A stretch of DNA of 64,000 bases. It comes from Candidatus Arcticimaribacter sp. (GTDB lineage: Bacteria; Bacteroidota; Bacteroidia; Flavobacteriales; Flavobacteriaceae). Positions 56,944 through 64,000 of this stretch are shown one piece after another. The stretch is from positions 258 through 64,257 of the forward strand of contig PXYQ01000001.1 in NCBI GenBank assembly GCA_003023645.1. Reading direction: 5' to 3'. Every line of letters begins with the position of its first letter. Positions within the stretch are counted from its first letter, which is position 1. Below the pieces are notes generated by a model. It did not search any database. It had not been told where the DNA came from and worked only from the letters and a program-made list of their open reading frames with translations. A program made the position numbers and the translations under genes.

Positions 56944-57891
56944 ATGAAAACATTACAAGTCGCCTTAGCTCAAATTGCCCCCGTTTGGTTGAATAAGAAG
57001 AAGACCTTGGATAAGATAAAAGAAGCTATGCTTCAGGCTGCCAAAGAAAAAGCACAGCTGGTTGTTTTTGGAGAGGGGCTTTTACCGGGCTACCCTTTTT
57101 GGTTGGCATTAACTGATGGTGCGCAATGGGATTTGAAGATCAATAAGACTTTACATGCTCATTACGCTCAAAATGCAGTAAATATTGAAGATGGTGATAT
57201 TGAAGATCTTTGTGTTTTAGCAAAAGAACATACAATGGCAGTTTATGTAGGCGTCATTGAACGCGCTACCAATCGAGGTGGGCACAGCTTATATTGCTCT
57301 TTAGTTTATATCAATGAGCAGGGCATTATTTGTAGCGTTCACAGGAAATTACAACCTACTTATGACGAACGCCTTACTTGGGCTCCGGGCGATGGAAACG
57401 GATTACAAGTGCATCCTTTGGAAGGGTTTACTGTGGGCGGATTGAATTGTTGGGAAAACTGGATGCCACTTCCCAGAGCTGCATTATACGGAATGGGCGA
57501 AAATGTTCATTGTGCAGTTTGGCCTGGAAGTGATCACAATACCAAAGATATTACTCGATTCATTGCTCGTGAAAGTAGATCGTATGTGATTTCTGTAAGT
57601 TCATTGATGAATAAAAATGACTTTCCAAAGGATACACCCTATATAGAAGAACTTTTAGCAGCAGCTCCTGAACAACTAGCCAACGGAGGCTCATGCGTTG
57701 CAAACCCCGATGGGAGTTGGCTCATAGAACCTCAGGTGAATACCGAAGGTGTTTTTTGTGCAGAAATTCAATTGGATCGTGTGTATGAAGAGCGTCAGAA
57801 TTTTGATCCCGTTGGGCATTATTCAAGACCCGATGTTACCCAGTTGCATGTCAACAGAGAGCGTCAATCTACCATAAAAATAAAAGACTAG
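56944..57891 (+). CDS. nitrilase (carbon-nitrogen hydrolase branch 1)
   Basis: Catalytic triad FGEG (Glu), HRKLQPT (Lys), NCWEN (Cys); DPVGHYSRPDV. Confidence 0.9.
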   Translation: MKTLQVALAQIAPVWLNKKKTLDKIKEAMLQAAKEKAQLVVFGEGLLPGYPFWLALTDGAQWDLKINKTLHAHYAQNAVNIEDGDIEDLCVLAKEHTMAVYVGVIERATNRGGHSLYCSLVYINEQGIICSVHRKLQPTYDERLTWAPGDGNGLQVHPLEGFTVGGLNCWENWMPLPRAALYGMGENVHCAVWPGSDHNTKDITRFIARESRSYVISVSSLMNKNDFPKDTPYIEELLAAAPEQLANGGSCVANPDGSWLIEPQVNTEGVFCAEIQLDRVYEERQNFDPVGHYSRPDVTQLHVNRERQSTIKIKD

Positions 57892-57908
57892 ACAACTAAG
57901 TTAATTCA

Positions 57909-59267
57909 ATGAATCAAAATCTGTTTTCAGAATTTAAAGGATCAAGCGATCAGGAGGTGCGGGCTCAAATTCAAAAAGATTTGAAAAGCTTGGATTTTGA
58001 ATCGACATTGTGTTGGGAATCTTTGGAAGGGATTACCACCCAACCTGTTTATGATCGAGATTCTAAAAAACAAAAGAAGGTTATCAATGCCTTTCCAGAG
58101 TATTGGAATACGGCGCATACCATTGAGGTAAAACAAGACATCGAATCTGTGATTCGGTCTTGCGAAGCAGCTGTACAATCTGATGTTGAAGTAATCATTT
58201 TACGCTTAAAAGATTCTGATGTATCCTTCGAGGAATTTTCGAAAGCGCTGGAACACATTCAAACTACTTTTTATATTGTACTCGATTTTAGCCTCTCGAC
58301 TGAGAGTATTGACCTTCTTAATAAAAATTTTAAAGATAGAGCCAACTTCACTTTTCTTTTTGATCCGATCACACACCTTGCTCAAACTGGGGATTGGTTT
58401 GACGATCAGCATTCTGATTTAACATTGTGGAGTCAATTGATTTGTTCCAAAAAACTTCAAACCTGCCTGTATGTAGATAACCGTATTCATCAGAATGCTG
58501 GAGCCACAATCGTTCAACAACTAGCTTATTTGCTAAGTCAGGCAGTAGATTATTTATCTCAAATAAGTTCAACTAACAAAGAAGAGGTTGAGGTATTGTT
58601 TCATCTTGCTTTGGGTAGTAATTACTTTTTCGAAATAGCTAAAATCCAAGCCTTAAAAACAGTTTTTACTTCGATTATTTCAGCCTATGATTTTAAAATC
58701 ACCTACAAGGTAATTGCTGAGCCCTCGACAAGAAACATGACCCTGCAAGATTACAACGTCAATATGCTTCGTTCAACAACAGCGATGATGGCTGCCATAC
58801 TTGGAGGTGCCGATATAGTAAACAACCTACCCTATGATGTAACGTTCAATCCTCCGAATGCTTTTGGGGATCGAATTGCTCAAAATCAATTGCTTATTTT
58901 GAAAAACGAAAGCTTTTTTGATCAGGTTACAAACCCAGCAGAAGGTTCGTATTATATTGAGGAATTGACTCAAGAGTTTGCGGAAAGAAGTCTTCGTCTT
59001 TTTAAAGACATAGAAAAGAAGGAAGGTTTTTTAAATTTACTACTGAACAATGAAATTCAGAAAGAGGTTTCTCGAGCTGCGCAAAAAGAACAAGCCTTGT
59101 TCGATTCAGGTGTGTTGGTGTTGGTTGGAGTAAATCGCTTTCAAGATTTTGATGCACCAAAAACAAATATGCAGATTCCTTTAGAACAGTTAAAGAAAAA
59201 AAGTTTAATAGAACCCATAGAGCCGAAGCGTTTATCAGAAAAATCAGAGCACGTCTATGGGAAATAA
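57909..59267 (+). CDS. mutA: methylmalonyl-CoA mutase small (beta) subunit
   Basis: [45 protein letters not shown]; no B12 domain. Confidence 0.88.
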   Translation: MNQNLFSEFKGSSDQEVRAQIQKDLKSLDFESTLCWESLEGITTQPVYDRDSKKQKKVINAFPEYWNTAHTIEVKQDIESVIRSCEAAVQSDVEVIILRLKDSDVSFEEFSKALEHIQTTFYIVLDFSLSTESIDLLNKNFKDRANFTFLFDPITHLAQTGDWFDDQHSDLTLWSQLICSKKLQTCLYVDNRIHQNAGATIVQQLAYLLSQAVDYLSQISSTNKEEVEVLFHLALGSNYFFEIAKIQALKTVFTSIISAYDFKITYKVIAEPSTRNMTLQDYNVNMLRSTTAMMAAILGGADIVNNLPYDVTFNPPNAFGDRIAQNQLLILKNESFFDQVTNPAEGSYYIEELTQEFAERSLRLFKDIEKKEGFLNLLLNNEIQKEVSRAAQKEQALFDSGVLVLVGVNRFQDFDAPKTNMQIPLEQLKKKSLIEPIEPKRLSEKSEHVYGK

Positions 59268-61401
59268 ACGCAAAGACTTTTCTGCAATAGAACTTTCTTC
59301 TAATGTTGAAAAAAAACAGAAAGAAACTTCAATGTTATTTGTAACGGCCGAAGGAATCTCAATCCCCAAAACAGCTAGCGCTCCAAAAGAGCCGCTATCG
59401 CATCTTGGGTTTTCTGCCGGGATTCCGCCTTTTTTAAGAGGCCCCTACAGTTCCATGTATGTTCGACGTCCGTGGACCATTCGGCAATATGCAGGTTTCT
59501 CATCAGCTGAGGAAAGCAATGCGTTTTATTTGAAAAATTTAGCCATGGGGCAAAAAGGACTTTCGGTTGCTTTTGACTTGCCAACCCATCGCGGCTATGA
59601 CAGTGATCACGAACGTGTGCAGGGCGACGTAGGGAAGGCTGGTGTAGCTATCGACTCGGTAGAAGACATGAAGCTTTTATTCAATCAAATTCCTTTAGAT
59701 ACTATGTCCGTATCCATGACCATGAACGGCGCGGTGTTGCCCATTATGGCCTTTTATATTGTCGCAGCAGAGGAGCAGGGGGTAAGTCCTGAGTATTTAT
59801 CGGGAACCATTCAGAATGATATTTTAAAAGAATTTATGGTGCGTAATACCTATGTTTATCCGCCTGCACCATCAATCAAAATAGTATCTGAAATTTTTAA
59901 GTACAGTTCGAAAAAGATGCCGAAGTTTAACAGCATCAGTATTTCGGGCTATCATATGCAAGAGGCAGGCGCAACTGCAGATATCGAATTGGCTTATACA
60001 CTTGCCGATGGTTTAGAATATATTAAAACGGGACTCAAAGCTGGATTGACCATTGATGAATTTGCTCCGCGACTTTCTTTTTTCTGGGGGATTGGAATGA
60101 ATCACTTTATGGAAATTGCTAAAATGCGCGCCGCGCGTATGCTATGGGCTAAGCTTGTAAAGCAGTTCAATCCTAAAAATAAAAAATCCTTAGCCTTACG
60201 TACCCATTGTCAAACCAGCGGGTGGAGTTTAACTGCCCAAGATCCGTTCAATAATGTTGCTCGAACTACTATAGAAGCGATGGCTGCGGTATTTGGTGGA
60301 ACCCAAAGTTTACACACCAATGCTTTGGATGAAGCCATTGCTTTACCAACTGATTTTTCTGCAAGAATTGCAAGAAATACACAGCTTTTTTTACAAGAAG
60401 AAACTCAGATTACTAAAACTGTTGACCCATGGGGGGGAAGTCATTATGTAGAACAACTGACCCAAGATATAGCGCATAAAGCATGGGACTTGATTCAAGA
60501 AGTTGAATCCTATGGAGGAATGACTGAAGCGATTGAAGCGGGTATTCCAAAGATGCGGATTGAAGAGGCTGCTACAAAAAAGCAAGCCCGTATTGACAGC
60601 GGGCAAGATGTTATTGTTGGAGTAAATCAATACACATTGGAAGAAGAAGAGTTGATGACTTACCTTGAGGTGGATCAAGAGCTGGTTCAAAAGCAGCAAC
60701 TCCAAAGGTTAAAAGATCTTAAGCAAACTCGAAATACCAAAGAAGTTGAAGCGGCATTGAATGCGTTGACTCAAGCTGCGCTTCTTTTAAGTCAAGATAT
60801 GAGCCCTGCTGAAAATTTATTAGAACTTGCAATTAAAGCAGCCAGAGTTCGCGCTACCTTAGGAGAAATAAGTTCTGCTTTAGAAGAGATTTTTGGACGA
60901 TATCAGGCGAATATCCAAACGTTTACGGGGGTCTATTCCAAAGAGATTAAAGAGGATGTCGACTTTAAGAAGGGACAGGAATTAACCCAGCAATTTTTTG
61001 AGTTAAATGGACGTAGGCCACGAATTATGATTGCTAAAATGGGTCAAGATGGACACGATCGAGGTGCTAAGGTTATTGCAACTAGCTATGCAGATTTGGG
61101 TTTTGATGTAGACATTGGACCTTTGTTTCAAACTCCAAAAGAAGCGGCTAAACAAGCGATAGAAAATGATGTTCATATTCTTGGAATTTCTTCTCTAGCT
61201 GCTGGACACAAAACCCTAGTTCCACAGGTTTTGGAGGAGCTCAAGCGCCTTGGTCGTGAAGATATCGAAGTTATTGTTGGAGGTGTAATCCCCCCACAAG
61301 ACCATCAATTTTTACTTGAATTGGGTGTGTTGGGCGTTTATGGTCCGGGTACAAAAATAAGTAAAGCAGCTATTGAGGTTTTGAGCTTTTTATTGGACTA
61401 A
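59257..61401 (+). CDS. scpA: methylmalonyl-CoA mutase (large subunit)
   Basis: [42 protein letters not shown] (DxHxxG). Confidence 0.97.
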   Translation: MGNKRKDFSAIELSSNVEKKQKETSMLFVTAEGISIPKTASAPKEPLSHLGFSAGIPPFLRGPYSSMYVRRPWTIRQYAGFSSAEESNAFYLKNLAMGQKGLSVAFDLPTHRGYDSDHERVQGDVGKAGVAIDSVEDMKLLFNQIPLDTMSVSMTMNGAVLPIMAFYIVAAEEQGVSPEYLSGTIQNDILKEFMVRNTYVYPPAPSIKIVSEIFKYSSKKMPKFNSISISGYHMQEAGATADIELAYTLADGLEYIKTGLKAGLTIDEFAPRLSFFWGIGMNHFMEIAKMRAARMLWAKLVKQFNPKNKKSLALRTHCQTSGWSLTAQDPFNNVARTTIEAMAAVFGGTQSLHTNALDEAIALPTDFSARIARNTQLFLQEETQITKTVDPWGGSHYVEQLTQDIAHKAWDLIQEVESYGGMTEAIEAGIPKMRIEEAATKKQARIDSGQDVIVGVNQYTLEEEELMTYLEVDQELVQKQQLQRLKDLKQTRNTKEVEAALNALTQAALLLSQDMSPAENLLELAIKAARVRATLGEISSALEEIFGRYQANIQTFTGVYSKEIKEDVDFKKGQELTQQFFELNGRRPRIMIAKMGQDGHDRGAKVIATSYADLGFDVDIGPLFQTPKEAAKQAIENDVHILGISSLAAGHKTLVPQVLEELKRLGREDIEVIVGGVIPPQDHQFLLELGVLGVYGPGTKISKAAIEVLSFLLD

Positions 61402-61430
61402 TGGTTGAAGTTTAAATACGTGTTATTAAG

Positions 61431-62144
61431 ATGAAAAATAAAATTTACAGTTGCTTCATTTTTTTTATTTCTGGATTTATGTGTTTTGCACAAATGAATG
61501 CAGAGGAGCTTTTACTTAAAGCGCTTGCTGCGCATGGAGGGGATCGTTACAAAGAGGTCAAATCTATAACCTATCAAAAGAGGATTAATCATTTTGATGC
61601 GAGTGGTGCGTTGTTGGATACTGTTATAGAAAACCATACAATTGATTTTGTAAATTCCACTTCTCAATTCAGTTGGAGGTTGCGGGGAGATGATTTTACC
61701 GCAAAACAAAACAAGGATTCAGTTACGCTTCAAATTAATGGAGTTCATACTCGGGATACCGCTACAATCCTTAAAATGGAAAAAAGTTTAAAGGCAGCGA
61801 CTTATGTTTTTTGGCAGCCTTTTAAGTTGATCGATCCTAGTGCAATACTAGAATCGAAGGGTATAACAACTTTATTTAATGGTTGGGAAGTTCATGTTCT
61901 AGAAGTTCAATATCCCAATTCTGATGACCGCTGGTATTTTTATTTTGACATCAAAAGCTTTTTATTAAAGGCAACTGGAGTCTTTTTTAAAAAACGATAT
62001 AGCCTTATAGTAAACGATCTTCATGAAAAAAATACAGAGCTTAATTTGAATGCTAAACGTACGAGTTATTTTACAAACATTGCTTTTGTTCCCAGGCGGA
62101 TTAACACGCAATATCAGTATGAAATTATAAGCCTTTCTAAGTAG
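61431..62144 (+). CDS. secreted DUF6503-like protein
   Basis: Signal peptide; KALAAHGG, YVFWQPFKLIDP, DRWYFYFD. Confidence 0.6.
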   Translation: MKNKIYSCFIFFISGFMCFAQMNAEELLLKALAAHGGDRYKEVKSITYQKRINHFDASGALLDTVIENHTIDFVNSTSQFSWRLRGDDFTAKQNKDSVTLQINGVHTRDTATILKMEKSLKAATYVFWQPFKLIDPSAILESKGITTLFNGWEVHVLEVQYPNSDDRWYFYFDIKSFLLKATGVFFKKRYSLIVNDLHEKNTELNLNAKRTSYFTNIAFVPRRINTQYQYEIISLSK

Positions 62145-62294
62145 TTTTTTTTCTTTCTATTTAAGACATATCCCTCAAACTGTTTCTTCATATATTCATT
62201 CAATTTCTGTGATAAGATTTTTAAATAAATTGCAATTTACAACTTAAATATATTAGTATTAACTTTACAACTGTTAACTATAATTTATTTTAAA

Positions 62295-63065
62295 ATGAAA
62301 AAATTACTTTCACTACTATTTTTACTGTCTGCATCGCTGACATTTGGTCAAGTTATTCAATCTAGGGTTATCTCTGTTGAAAAGGGCAAGAATCAGAAAT
62401 TTCAAGCTGGAGTAGAAAAGAAAACAAAAATGTATAATGCTAAAGAAGGGCAACTTCGATTTTTTACCTTCAATATTACTTCGGGTGCAAATACTGGAAA
62501 ATATTTTAGAGTTCGATACGAAGACGAGATAGCCGGATTTGATGTTCAAGTTCCCAAAGCAGCTGGAAAACTATGGAAAGATGAGGTTTCTCAATATGTA
62601 TCTAATTCTCAAGCACGTTGGATGTGGTATAGCAAAGAAGCATCTCATGTTTCTGTGAGTCCATTCGATAAGCCCTTAAGAAGGGTTATGGAATATACCT
62701 ATGAAGCGGATATGTCTGATGAGTTTTGGAGGTTTAGAAATAATGTTGCAAAAGCAATAAAATCTTCACGAGCAGATATCTTTTTGGAAGTTTGGAATTG
62801 TGGTTCTGGATGTGATGGAAATTTGGTAATGGTTGTTTTTGGTCATAGCAACTATGCAGAAATGGGTTCTGATAATAGTGATGAGTGGATGAAAGTATAT
62901 AAGGAGTACAGCAAGATTTATGGCGAAGATAGTTATGAGAAAGATCTTGAAAATTTTTCTAAATCTTTAGAGATGTATGGGAGAAGAACATACGATATGG
63001 AATTCGCTCCAGAAATGAGTTCTCCAGAGAACATGTCGGAGTTAGATAAACTAACGACCGATTAA
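62295..63065 (+). CDS. secreted hypothetical protein with two similar alpha/beta halves
   Basis: Sec signal ending LTFG|Q; 256-aa ORF followed by a terminator. Confidence 0.7.
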   Translation: MKKLLSLLFLLSASLTFGQVIQSRVISVEKGKNQKFQAGVEKKTKMYNAKEGQLRFFTFNITSGANTGKYFRVRYEDEIAGFDVQVPKAAGKLWKDEVSQYVSNSQARWMWYSKEASHVSVSPFDKPLRRVMEYTYEADMSDEFWRFRNNVAKAIKSSRADIFLEVWNCGSGCDGNLVMVVFGHSNYAEMGSDNSDEWMKVYKEYSKIYGEDSYEKDLENFSKSLEMYGRRTYDMEFAPEMSSPENMSELDKLTTD

Positions 63066-63128
63066 AGTTAATTCCATTCCGACCTTCATTGATTAAAATG
63101 AAAAATGGATGCAATGATTGAGTAATAT

Positions 63129-63159
63129 AAAGCGCCTCTAAATTTTTTAGAGGCGCTTT
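63129..63159. terminator. intrinsic terminator with a 14-bp perfect stem
   Basis: AAAGCGCCTCTAAA-TTT-TTTAGAGGCGCTTT. Confidence 0.85.
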
Positions 63160-63204
63160 TATTTTGAAGTCAAGCCAAGAGTTTATTGGTGTGGTGTTCA
63201 ATAG

Positions 63205-63235
63205 AAAACCCCCTAAAGTAAATTAGAGGGTTTTT
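63205..63235 (-). terminator. intrinsic terminator of the minus-strand gene
   Basis: Minus strand AAAACCCTCTAA-TTTACT-TTAGGGGGTTTT (the G-U pair forms only on the minus-strand RNA). Confidence 0.7.
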
Positions 63236-63264
63236 AAATATGCTCAATCTACATCAACAAAAGA

Positions 63265-63787
63265 TTAATATCTTTTGATAAGTACTCTTGTGAATGTTTT
63301 TGATAAATCAGAACCTTTTACTGTTTCTGAAAAGGTGCTAAATGCTTTTGCTTCTGAATCGTTTTTTGCACCAAAATTAAATGCAGTATTTAAGTCCGCA
63401 TAGGTTGCATAGACGTACATGCTTTCTCCGTTGTCAGTACCGTGAATGATTTGTCCAACTCCTACAGAGCCATCGAACTTTATAGACTTCATTAGTTTGC
63501 CAAATGCTGTAACAAAAGTGTTTGCTGCTGCATTATCTACCTTAAAAACCCAGGCCTGACCGATTGGGTTTGCAGTTCCTCCATTGACACTATACAAGTC
63601 TTTACCTGCAGAAGAGCGAGAGCTTTTTATGTATTTACCAAGCTTTGAAACATAAACATCCCAAGCTGCACCGCTCAATGAGCTTCTGAAATCGGCTAGA
63701 GATTTTGAAGATTCACTCGTGATGCTAATCATATGAGTTGCCTTTTCACTTGCACCTTTTAATGGAATACTTGAAAATGCTACTGTG
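63265..63787 (-). CDS. hypothetical protein, apparently 5'-truncated
   Basis: Protein-like from about TVAFSSIPLKG onward and has its own terminator; the first ~24 aa of the tracked ORF are antisense of a DUF5011-like fragment. Confidence 0.6.
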
Positions 63788-64000
63788 GGAGCAACGGCTA
63801 CTGATGCTGTAGATGGTGACCTTACTTCTTCAATAACAAGTTCGGGAACGGTTGACACTTCTATGGCTGGTGAGTATGCAATTTTATACGCTGTTACAGA
63901 TGCTGCAGGAAATACAGCTTCAGTTTATCGAGAAATTAATGTAAGGGCAGCAGCAGACACCACAGCCCCTGTAATTACTTTAACGGGTTCAATAGTAATT
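63788..64000 (+). CDS. start-less fragment of a DUF5011/HYR-like Ig-repeat protein, running off the window
   Basis: Manual translation GATATDAVDGDLTSSITSSGTVDTSMAGEYAILYAVTDAAGNTASVYREINVRAAADTTAPVITLTGS; in-frame stop at 63734-63736 and no ATG between it and the domain. Confidence 0.8.

Noticed and set aside
604-62549. Other short ORFs nested in or antisense to well-supported genes (e.g. 2763-3074, 6401-6751, 32171-32596, 53620-53976, 60391-60705)
   Set aside because: They overlap recognisable genes and show no family motifs.
1-64000. CRISPR array, IS element, prophage or defence genes
   Set aside because: No regularly spaced DNA repeats and no transposase, phage or defence-system motifs were recognised.

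Overview
AT-rich, tightly packed chromosomal segment of a Bacteroidota (Flavobacteriaceae-like) genome. Taxonomy is inferred from gldI, TAnnTTTG -7 promoters and gene content. 1-38 kb is mostly core genes: purA, fur, rel/spoT, PPIases, gldI, ndk, recF, ribH, mutL, rhomboids, lepB, dapB, parAB, ftsB, two tRNA-Pro, pspC/padR, oxyR, an ECF sigma factor and sodC. A YncD/PqqU-like TonB-dependent receptor sits beside recF, and a PQQ-type sugar dehydrogenase plus cytochrome c lies about 13 kb away. 39-64 kb is more accessory: a Tat-exported oxidoreductase/TIM-barrel pair; two lipoproteins convergent on a 2121-aa propeller-plus-12-Ig-repeat protein with no recognisable T9SS C-terminal domain; and a methylmalonyl-CoA cluster (mce, meaB, mutase subunits) interleaved with a small HTH-like ORF, a His-less B12-domain copy, an aldehyde dehydrogenase and a nitrilase. 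Near 63787 a 5'-truncated minus-strand gene is joined to a start-less plus-strand DUF5011-like fragment, which points to a chimera or an inversion. No CRISPR array, rRNA, transposase or integrase was seen. All family calls come from motif recognition by eye; no database searches were run.
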